Assembly: GCA_044368015.1 (NCBI GenBank)
Contig: JBIPLF010000004.1
Span: forward strand, 246-64,245
From: Rickettsiales bacterium
GTDB taxonomy: Bacteria; Pseudomonadota; Alphaproteobacteria; Rickettsiales; RI-342
DNA: 64,000 bases
Direction: 5' to 3'
Shown here in pieces: positions 19,958-27,154 of this stretch; position 1 is the first letter of the stretch, and each line of letters starts with the position of its first letter. Both the position numbers and the translations under genes were made by a program. The notes beneath the pieces were generated by a model, which was not told the origin of the DNA, made no database searches, and saw only the letters and a program-made list of their open reading frames with translations.

Positions 19958-20842
19958 CTATCCGTTGTTGGCACGTTGTTTGTGCTCGGACGCACAATCG
20001 CGAATGTAATGTAAAAGCACTTCCTTACGGAATGGTTTATGGACAAATCCCCGCGCTCCGTAATCGAAAGCCGTCAGGATGTTGTCCAGATACCCGTGCG
20101 AGCTGAACATCACCACATAGGCATCCTTATCGGCGGCAAGGATACGTTGCAGCACGGCAAATCCGCTTTTGTCCGGGAGATTGATATCCAGAAACACAAT
20201 ATCCGGTGCATAGAGCAGGTAGTTGCCGATCGCATCCTGCGCGGTTTCGGCGGTCACCAGCCGGTAATCGTTTTTGAGTAATTGCCCGGCAATGCGGCGC
20301 GTTACCGGATCGTCCTCCACCAGCATCACATAGGGCGGCTGACGCGTGCCTCGTTGGGTGATGTTGGCCTCCAGAATATCGGGGATCATCTCCACCCCAT
20401 CCAGCAGGCTATCGGCCGTGTGCGGGCTGCGTGCGGCAACCGTCGATGCCTTGCCCTTGGTGGCAATGAGTGTGGCCGCCGCCTGCCATTCCTGTTGCAG
20501 CGCATAGAGTTTTCGGCTGGTGATGCACCAGTCACGCGTGCGTAGCGCATTGCCCAGCAGGGTGGAAAAATCGGCAAACACCTGCTTTTCAACATGGCGG
20601 CCCATCAGGATCACGTCACCGTCGCTGCACAGAAATCCGCAGCTATCGGTATTGTAAAACCCGACTCCAATAAGGTCCTGCAACAGCAGGTGAATCTCAT
20701 CCGGCGAGGCATGACGATCCATGTTATACGGGCGCAGGCCCACATGCTGCATGGTCCAGTTGCGCCAGGTGAGCGGATCATGCCGAATGGCCTCTGCAAT
20801 CTGGGCCAGCAATTCCGGAGCAGTTTCATAGCGTAAATACAT
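19958..20842 (-). CDS. response regulator: unassigned N-terminal domain + C-terminal receiver
   Basis: C-terminal REC (VMLVEDDPVTRR...IVFLDINLPDKSG...GARGFVHKP). The N-terminal ~150 aa have no motif I recognise. Paralogue of 20961..21839. Confidence 0.8.
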   Translation of the reverse strand: MYLRYETAPELLAQIAEAIRHDPLTWRNWTMQHVGLRPYNMDRHASPDEIHLLLQDLIGVGFYNTDSCGFLCSDGDVILMGRHVEKQVFADFSTLLGNALRTRDWCITSRKLYALQQEWQAAATLIATKGKASTVAARSPHTADSLLDGVEMIPDILEANITQRGTRQPPYVMLVEDDPVTRRIAGQLLKNDYRLVTAETAQDAIGNYLLYAPDIVFLDINLPDKSGFAVLQRILAADKDAYVVMFSSHGYLDNILTAFDYGARGFVHKPFRKEVLLHYIRDCASEHKQRANNG

Positions 20843-20890
20843 GGTATCTTCCTTCCTGTTGGCACTTTTTTATATGTGTCTTCATCTTCT

Positions 20891-20939
20891 CATCCTGAAC
20901 CCGGAGGGGTCGGAATCGCTTGCGATTCCGGGGGAGGTG
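20891..20939. repeat. short family A fragment (ggaggggtcggaatcgcttgcgattccgggggaggtg)
   Basis: Same ggtcggaatcg-N-cgattccggggg hairpin as at 17054-17080. Confidence 0.75.
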
Positions 20940-20960
20940 AACCACACAGAACCTCCTGAA

Positions 20961-21839
20961 CTATACGGTTTGTTTGGCGCGCAGATGCGGCGAACGCTGA
21001 ATGGATTCTTCCAGCTTCAGCCGGGTGAAGGGCTTGCCAACAAACCCCTTGGCCCCCATTTCCACGGCGCGCATAATGTTGGCGCGGTCGCCATTGCCAC
21101 TCAACATAACGATATAGGCATCCGGATCGATTTCGCGGAGGCGGGCAAGCAACTCAAACCCGTTGACGTCCGGCAGGTTGATATCCAGAAACAGGACATC
21201 AGGTGCCTGCGTGACATACAATGGCAGGGTGTTGTCCCCGCCATCTGAGAGTACCAACGCATAGGTTTCCGGCAGGGCTTTCCCCACCAGCTTGCGGGAG
21301 AACGCATCGTCCTCGATCACCATCACCGTGACGCGATCGCGGTTGCGGCGACGCTCGGCGAGGGTGGCAATCAATTCCGCCCGCAGGGGAGAGCGTAAAA
21401 TATCCTGTTTGCGGCGGGCACTGTTTTCCTGCGCTTTGGCGATCTGTACTTCCTGCGTCACGGCTTCCTGCGCGGCAATCTGTGCTTCGGCCAGCGCACG
21501 CAGCGGGCTGTAGCTGCGCTCAATGTCATGGAGCATGGCCAGTGAGGCAATCGGCCAGATGAGCAGATCGGAAAAACGGGCTACAATTGTTTCATAACTG
21601 CGAAAACGAATGGTTTCAGCCAGCAGGAGCACATCGCCATTGGTGAAAAAGAATGCCTGAAGCGACGGATCGTCAATCTCATTTTGCAACGCGGTAGCGA
21701 GGAGTTCCGGGGTGATGCTGTGGCGTTGATCGCAGGTTGAGAAGCGGAAATGCAGCACCCTTCCCGGTGTGCGTGCATGGTGCCAGCTATCCAGTGTCTG
21801 GCGGAAGGTACGTTCGGCATGGTCGGTGATGGTCAACAT
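20961..21839 (-). CDS. response regulator: unassigned N-terminal domain + C-terminal receiver
   Basis: C-terminal REC (VMVIEDDAFSRK...VLFLDINLPDVNG...GAKGFVGKP). N-terminal domain is paralogous to 19958..20842 and to the N-terminus of 59860..61083. Confidence 0.8.
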   Translation of the reverse strand: MLTITDHAERTFRQTLDSWHHARTPGRVLHFRFSTCDQRHSITPELLATALQNEIDDPSLQAFFFTNGDVLLLAETIRFRSYETIVARFSDLLIWPIASLAMLHDIERSYSPLRALAEAQIAAQEAVTQEVQIAKAQENSARRKQDILRSPLRAELIATLAERRRNRDRVTVMVIEDDAFSRKLVGKALPETYALVLSDGGDNTLPLYVTQAPDVLFLDINLPDVNGFELLARLREIDPDAYIVMLSGNGDRANIMRAVEMGAKGFVGKPFTRLKLEESIQRSPHLRAKQTV

Positions 21840-21886
21840 ATCGCTTCTCTCTGCACTTGCTTGCGGTTGGTTCGCCCTTCCTTAAG

Positions 21887-21902
21887 TGCAGCGCCCGTGC
21901 CA
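21887..21902 (-). promoter_or_regulatory. sigma-54 (-24/-12) type promoter candidate
   Basis: Minus strand reads TGGCACGGGCGCTGCA, against consensus TGGCAC-N5-TTGCA (one mismatch, correct GG/GC spacing). It lies 48 nt upstream of the start codon at 21839, next to a divergent GAFTGA activator gene. Confidence 0.5.
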
Positions 21903-21962
21903 GAGTCATTTAATTTTACATATCAATATATTGACCGTGTTGCGCCGCGCAAAAACCATCCA

Positions 21963-22019
21963 TTAAGCGTTTGATAATGAAACGCCTTTATCCTGAGCGT
22001 TGCAAAATGAAACGCTTAA
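21963..22019. promoter_or_regulatory. tandem imperfect palindromes (candidate activator binding sites)
   Basis: aagcgtttgataatgaaacgcc and gagcgttgcaaaatgaaacgctt: two copies of AGCGTT-N9-AACGC, 60-115 bp upstream of the sigma-54 motif. The outer 10-mers ttaagcgttt / aaacgcttaa are perfect inverted repeats. Confidence 0.4.
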
Positions 22020-22034
22020 GGGTGATCCATCCCC

Positions 22035-23432
22035 ATGTCCGACCGTATTCTCTTGGTGGAAGATGACCGTACCCAACGGCTGATGACGCAGCGTTTGTGC
22101 GAGAAGCTGATGGGGTGCACGGTGCTGACCGCGTCGCATGGGTTGGAGGCGATCGGCACGCTGGAGATGGAAGAAGATATTGCTCTCGTCCTCATGGATG
22201 TGCAGATGCCGGTGATGGATGGGCTGACGGCGCTCAAAAAAATCCGTGCCCGCCATGCGGAACTGCCGGTAATCATGCTCACTGGCTCCAGCCAGCCGGA
22301 CGATATCGTCGCCGCGATGCGGGCGGGCGCGACGGATTTCCTCCCCAAACCGGCGGATCCGGAGCGGTTGCGGGTTTCCATTCAGAACGCATTGCGGTTG
22401 CAGGCGCTCGCCCGCGAGGTAGCGCGGCTCAGTCGCGGACAAGGAGAGGCGATTGGCTTCCGCGACCTCATCGGGCATGACAAGGGACTCGCCGACATCA
22501 CCCGCATGGGACGCAAAGCGGCGTTTGCATCCATCCCGGTGCTCATCAGTGGCGAAACCGGTACGGGGAAGGAGATGGTCGCCCGCGCCATCCATGGCGA
22601 AAGCCCCCGCGCTCGCGGGCCGTTTGTGGCGGTGAATTGCGGGGCGATCCCGGAAAAACTGGTGGAAAGCACCCTGTTTGGCCATGAAAAAGGCGCCTTT
22701 ACCGGAGCGATTGCCAAGGCGCTCGGTAAATTCCGCGAGGCCGATGGCGGAACGATCTTCCTCGACGAGGTAGGCGAGCTGCCGCCGGAAGCGCAGGTGA
22801 AACTGCTGCGCGTGCTTCAACAACACGAGGTGGAGCCGGTGGGGGCCGGGCGCACGGTGCCGGTCAATATCCGGGTGATTTCCGCCACCCATCGCGACCT
22901 GCGCGAGGATGTCGCATCCGGGCGCTTCCGCGAGGATCTCTATTTCCGGCTGCATGTGCTGTCGCTCGCCATGCCGCCGCTGCGCGAGCGGGCGGAGGAT
23001 ATTCCCCCACTGGCCAGCCATTTGCTGGACCGCTTTGCCACCAGCGATCGGCTACCCTTCAAACGCCTGTCACCGGAAGCGAAAGCATTACTGCAACGCT
23101 ATGACTGGCCGGGCAATGTGCGCGAACTGGCCAACACCCTGCACCGGGCGCTGGTACTCTCCGAACATGAGGTGCTGGAAGCCACCGATTTCCCCGAATG
23201 CCACCGCACCCCCTCACGGATGGAATCTCTGCCTGCCCTATCCGGGGGAGCATCCCCCTCCACTCCCCTGTTCCTCAATGCCGATGGCACGCTGAAACCC
23301 TTGCGCCAACTGGAGGAAGAAGCGATCCGCTTTGCCCTCTCCCACACCAAGCAGAACGCCACACAGGCCGCCGCTGCGCTGGGTATCGCCAAATCCACGC
23401 TGTATCGGCATTGGGGGAAAGAGACACTGTGA
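22035..23432 (+). CDS. sigma-54-dependent response regulator (NtrC family: REC + AAA+ + Fis-type HTH)
   Basis: REC (ILLVEDD...[13 protein letters not shown]...KP), Walker A GETGTGKE, intact GAFTGA, C-terminal [19 protein letters not shown]. Confidence 0.9.
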   Translation: MSDRILLVEDDRTQRLMTQRLCEKLMGCTVLTASHGLEAIGTLEMEEDIALVLMDVQMPVMDGLTALKKIRARHAELPVIMLTGSSQPDDIVAAMRAGATDFLPKPADPERLRVSIQNALRLQALAREVARLSRGQGEAIGFRDLIGHDKGLADITRMGRKAAFASIPVLISGETGTGKEMVARAIHGESPRARGPFVAVNCGAIPEKLVESTLFGHEKGAFTGAIAKALGKFREADGGTIFLDEVGELPPEAQVKLLRVLQQHEVEPVGAGRTVPVNIRVISATHRDLREDVASGRFREDLYFRLHVLSLAMPPLRERAEDIPPLASHLLDRFATSDRLPFKRLSPEAKALLQRYDWPGNVRELANTLHRALVLSEHEVLEATDFPECHRTPSRMESLPALSGGASPSTPLFLNADGTLKPLRQLEEEAIRFALSHTKQNATQAAAALGIAKSTLYRHWGKETL

Positions 23433-23457
23433 ACCGCAAGGGAATGACTACGCAACC

Positions 23458-23529
23458 TCCCCCCACTCCTTCACCCGCGCCAGATGCATAAAATCCGAAT
23501 GCGGCGGGCGGCGGTCGGGTGTGGGGCAG
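23458..23529. repeat. direct repeat copy 1 (duplicate of the addB 3' end)
   Basis: 72 bp identical to 23988-24060 except for one C fewer in the leading C-run. Confidence 0.9.
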
Positions 23530-23706
23530 ATTCTACGAAAATATTCGTAACGACGCGTAAAGCATTGGCCCCAAGGTGATTTGACTTCAGTGTTTCACCG
23601 TATTGTCACAAAACACACATGTGCCTGTCACAGTCTGTAGGCAGAGTGCGCATGGTTAGTTACTTAGCCTACAATGCGTAAAAATCACAGAAAAGGAGAT
23701 CAAGTA

Positions 23707-23943
23707 ATGCCAATTCGCGCCGTGCTTCCCACTGCCGACCAAGCAGAAGGAATGGAAATCTATTACGCTATGACAGAGGTTCTGCCAACAAATATTACGG
23801 ATGGTATTTCTTACGCTACTGGTTATCAGCTGACTTGGAGCGATGATCATCTGCCTGATGGATCTACCAAGGAGACAGCGGGCAAACATATACAACGGTA
23901 TATAGAAGAGAAAGCCAAAAAGATTGGTATTGCCATGGGGTAG
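23707..23943 (+). CDS. hypothetical small protein (78 aa) carried by the insert
   Basis: AAGGAG lies 7 nt upstream of ATG 23707. No recognisable motif. The ORF-track start 23674 is also possible. Confidence 0.4.
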   Translation: MPIRAVLPTADQAEGMEIYYAMTEVLPTNITDGISYATGYQLTWSDDHLPDGSTKETAGKHIQRYIEEKAKKIGIAMG

Positions 23944-23984
23944 AGTCCGTTTTGGAGGGATTTGATCTCTGTTGTCGAATCCCC

Positions 23985-26900
23985 TCATCCCCCCCACTCC
24001 TTCACCCGCGCCAGATGCATAAAATCCGAATGCGGCGGGCGGCGGTCGGGTGTGGGGCAGGAGAGATAGGGCGTTTCCGGATCGTCAAACGCAGCAATGA
24101 GTGCCTGCACGCCCGCTTCCGCCTCCCGAATCAGCGTTGGGTGTTTCTCGGGTTTAGGGGTTAGGTATTCCACCACATCCTCACGTCCGTGCAACTTCCA
24201 GTAGGAGGTGGTGAAACTCAGGGGAAGCTCTGGTAAGTCTGCAAACCCGGCTTTGGCGGCAATCAACGCTTCCAGTGTCAATTGGCAGGCAACGCCCTGA
24301 TCAATCTTCTTCTGACTGGGGAGCAGACCAGTTTTGTAATCAATGCAGGCGAGTTCCCCCGTGGAAGGCGCATATTCCAGCCGGTCGGCCTTGGCGCTTA
24401 GCGTAAACGGCCCGGCGGACGCTGCCCATTGCCAGGTGCCGGTGCATTCGCTGAAAAGCTGCAACCCCGTGGCACGCCGCGCTGCGTCTTCCTCCACAAA
24501 CCAGTGGAGAATCTGCATCAGCCGTGGCCACCAGAAATGCCGAATCGCCGGACGTTCCAGCAGTTTCCCCAGTTGGGACGCGGCCTCCTGCTCCATCCAT
24601 GCGATCCGCGCATCGGGAGAAAGTGAAGGAAACGCCAGCGCATAACCCTCCAGAATCGCATGGAGTATCTGCCCGAATTGCAGATGGCTGGGGTCGAGAT
24701 CGAGTTCCTCCAACGCCTTGAGCTTGAGGATTTTCGACGCATAGAGGCTATAGGGATCGCGCAGTAACAGCTCAATTCGCGTCGCCGAAAGTGACCGTGG
24801 CCGCAGGCCTACCGGAGGGCAAGCCGCCACCGGTGCAAGCGGTGTCACGGTTTTCGGTTGGTCCAGCTGCGCCACCCATGCGGGGAAATGCGCGGTACTC
24901 CCCCTCTCCCTGTGGGAGAGGGAGGGGTGAGGGAAATCTGAATCCTGAACTCCGCACTCTACACTCTGCAATCCCCCCACCACCTCCACTCGCTGCCACC
25001 AACGCGAGGGGATGGCCGGGCTTCCCCCCTGTTTGCGGGCGCGGGTGAGGATTACCTCCGGCAGTGCCATCAGGGTAGCAACATCATAGGCCGAACGACC
25101 AATTTCCTCCGTCGTGTCCGGCAACCCCAGCTTCACGCGCATCGGACGGCTGAGCCAGGGGTCGGCCTCTGGCAATGCGGGCCAGGTGCCCTCGTTCAAC
25201 CCGGCCAGAATCACCCGATCGGCCCGTTGCAACCGCGCCTCAATGGGGCTTAGAATCCGCAGCCGTGGATGCCGATGGTAGGGCGCGTGGTAGCTCTCCT
25301 TGCTCATTAATTGCTGCAACACGGCGGCATAATGGCGACCATCCAGCGTAAAATGCTCCTCGGCGGCATCCCACAACGCCTCGCACCACCGGCTGCTGGC
25401 ATGTCCGGTATCCTCGGCCCACAGCCGCTCGGCACCGGGTGCGACATCGCTACTGGCGAGCGCCTCAGCGGCGCGCAGATGCGTCTCCCACAGATCACGC
25501 AGCCTCACCGACCGGGCGGCAAGCAGGCGCGTCAATGGCTCCAGCGCCGCATGGATACGGTCGAACCAGACGCGCATTTCCGGTTCGTCGTGCTGAGCGG
25601 AGCGAAGCATCTCGCCACTTGCTCCAAAGGTTTGTCGCGATGAGAGATCCTTCCGCTTCGCTCCGCTTTGCGTCAGGATGACATCCCGCCACCCCTCCAA
25701 CGTATGAGGCCGCAACCCCCGCAAGGTGTGGATTTCCAGCCTCCGCGCCATGCGACGACAGGCGGCAGGCGTAACCCCCACCACCGCCATCGGGTGTTTG
25801 AGAAGCGCCAGAAACGGCACCGGCGAGAGCGGATCACCCGCCAACTCCACCACCAAACGCAGAAACACCATGGAGGGCAGCGCGGCCACCGGCACCCCAG
25901 CGGAATCGTCCAACTCCACCCCATAGCGTGCCAGCGAGGCAATCACCCGACGCGCCAGCGCCCGATCCGGCGTGACGAGCATCGCCGTCTTGCCGGGGGT
26001 TTCCAACGTTTCGCGCAGCATCATGGCAATGCCAAGCGCTTCGTCCTGGGGGGTGGGGAAGACAGGGTTCAGGATTCGGGATTCAGGGGTCAGAAGTTTT
26101 TCCGTCCCTCTTTCTGAATCCTGAATCCTGAGCCCTGAACCCTGATGCCACGCCTCACTCACCGCTGCTGGCCGCATCACCTCGGCGATCCAGCGGGTGC
26201 GGGGTGATAGCGGCGAGGCACCCGGAAACAACGTCACCGCCTCACGCGGGAGGTTGAGCAGCTCCAGCAGGTTTTTCAGCGCATATTGCGGGTGACCGGG
26301 GGCAATGGCTTTCCAGTAATCGGCATCGCTTTCCTGATCGAGCGGCGGCAGCACCAGCATCCCTTCCGGCATCCGGGCGATGCAACGCAGCAGCCGCGCC
26401 GTGGCGGGCTGACTGCCGGTAGACCCCGCCGCCACCAGCGGAAAGGCGGGCGGATGCGCCTCCCAATGCGCCACCAGCGCCCGCAATTGCCGGTTGCGGC
26501 GATCCACCGGGTCCAGAAAACCAGATTCCTGCACGATCTTCGGCCAATGTTCGGTGAGGATGCTTAAAAACCCCACCACCTCCTGCCAGTGATGCGACAG
26601 ATGCTCCGGTGCCAGATCGCGCAGCTTACTGGTGTCGCAATCATAGCGTTGCCAATCATCCAGCAGACTCGCCAGACTATCGGCCAGCAGCAGCGCGTGG
26701 TCGTGACGGCGAATCGCCTGCGGCAGCGCGCCCTGCCAGCGTTCAATCAGTTGCGCGAGGAGGAATTGCCGGGTCAGCAGCGGAATCGCCGGAGGCAGCG
26801 GCGCAATCTCTTCCAGAATCGCGGCGAGGCTCCCTTCCTGCTCGATATCCCCCAGCGCCGCCATGCGCGGCAGCAGCAGGGGCCGCCCCTCGCTCACCCG

Positions 26901-27056
26901 CACAAAGGCTTCGCGCAACGCCGGAACCGCTCGCTGCGTGGGCAGCAGCACCAGCGTCCGGGCCAGCAACTCGGCCTCGTCCTGCGTGCGATGGATCAAC
27001 CCACGCGCCAGCGTTTCCAGAAATGCCACGCCTGCGGGGATGGTCGTGCAATGCAT
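23985..27056 (-). CDS. addB: double-strand break repair protein AddB (alphaproteobacterial type)
   Basis: 1023 aa. N-terminus TIPAGVAFLETLARGLI and C-terminal PD-(D/E)xK nuclease region ADRLEY...CIDYKTG are typical of alpha AddB. Three palindromic elements are read through in frame. No addA downstream. Confidence 0.85.
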   Translation of the reverse strand: MHCTTIPAGVAFLETLARGLIHRTQDEAELLARTLVLLPTQRAVPALREAFVRVSEGRPLLLPRMAALGDIEQEGSLAAILEEIAPLPPAIPLLTRQFLLAQLIERWQGALPQAIRRHDHALLLADSLASLLDDWQRYDCDTSKLRDLAPEHLSHHWQEVVGFLSILTEHWPKIVQESGFLDPVDRRNRQLRALVAHWEAHPPAFPLVAAGSTGSQPATARLLRCIARMPEGMLVLPPLDQESDADYWKAIAPGHPQYALKNLLELLNLPREAVTLFPGASPLSPRTRWIAEVMRPAAVSEAWHQGSGLRIQDSERGTEKLLTPESRILNPVFPTPQDEALGIAMMLRETLETPGKTAMLVTPDRALARRVIASLARYGVELDDSAGVPVAALPSMVFLRLVVELAGDPLSPVPFLALLKHPMAVVGVTPAACRRMARRLEIHTLRGLRPHTLEGWRDVILTQSGAKRKDLSSRQTFGASGEMLRSAQHDEPEMRVWFDRIHAALEPLTRLLAARSVRLRDLWETHLRAAEALASSDVAPGAERLWAEDTGHASSRWCEALWDAAEEHFTLDGRHYAAVLQQLMSKESYHAPYHRHPRLRILSPIEARLQRADRVILAGLNEGTWPALPEADPWLSRPMRVKLGLPDTTEEIGRSAYDVATLMALPEVILTRARKQGGSPAIPSRWWQRVEVVGGLQSVECGVQDSDFPHPSLSHRERGSTAHFPAWVAQLDQPKTVTPLAPVAACPPVGLRPRSLSATRIELLLRDPYSLYASKILKLKALEELDLDPSHLQFGQILHAILEGYALAFPSLSPDARIAWMEQEAASQLGKLLERPAIRHFWWPRLMQILHWFVEEDAARRATGLQLFSECTGTWQWAASAGPFTLSAKADRLEYAPSTGELACIDYKTGLLPSQKKIDQGVACQLTLEALIAAKAGFADLPELPLSFTTSYWKLHGREDVVEYLTPKPEKHPTLIREAEAGVQALIAAFDDPETPYLSCPTPDRRPPHSDFMHLARVKEWGG
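23988..24060. repeat. direct repeat copy 2 (functional addB 3' end)
   Basis: Starts immediately after the addB stop codon complement (23985-23987) and encodes the last ~24 codons of addB. Confidence 0.9.
24900..24950. repeat. family A hairpin plus family D-like tail, in frame in addB
   Basis: ccccctctccctgtgggagagggaggggtgaggg followed by aaatctgaatcctgaac. Translated on the minus strand as ...VQDSDFPHPSLSHRERGS... Confidence 0.75.
25586..25682. repeat. family B palindromic element, in frame in addB
   Basis: cgtcgtgctgagcggagcgaagcatctc...gagagatccttccgcttcgctccgctttgcgtcaggatgac. Same architecture as 17084-17180 and 40197-40301. Translated as ...SGAKRKDLSSRQTFGASGEMLRSAQHDE... Confidence 0.8.
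26063..26144. repeat. family D palindromic element (gattcagg / cctgaatc repeats), in frame in addB
   Basis: cagggttcaggattcgggattcaggggtcag ... ctgaatcctgaatcctgagccctgaaccctg. Translated as ...GSGLRIQDSERGTEKLLTPESRILNP... Confidence 0.8.
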
Positions 27057-27106
27057 GAGGAAAGCAGCCAGAAATCAGGATTTAGGAAGCAGCAGAACGC
27101 TACAAG

Positions 27107-27147
27107 CGGAGTGAAGCAATCCAGCACAGGAAGCGCTCTGGATTGCC
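27107..27147. repeat. partial family C element
   Basis: gcggagtgaagcaatccag...ctggattgcc shares the inner hairpin of 8921-9008. Confidence 0.5.
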
Positions 27148-27154
27148 ATGTGAT

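Larger units (their letters stand above)
23458..24060. mobile_element. AT-rich 458-bp insert bounded by 72/73-bp direct repeats (att-like duplication); no recombinase present
   Basis: The direct repeats flank 23530-23987, which is clearly AT-richer than its surroundings and carries one small RBS-preceded ORF. Confidence 0.45.

Noticed and set aside
21963-23021. 352-aa minus-strand ORF opposite the NtrC-type activator. Similar long antisense ORFs lie at 1211-2392, 3497-4252, 9699-10457, 15846-16676, 28904-29596 and 41428-42624.
   Set aside because: All lie opposite confidently assigned genes, lack recognisable motifs and have the composition of GC-rich shadow frames.
23581-23672. Sigma-70-like hexamers (TTGACT at 23581; TACAAT at 23667) as the promoter of the mini-island ORF
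   Set aside because: Neither hexamer has a partner at 16-18 nt spacing, so I cannot support a specific promoter call from the sequence alone.
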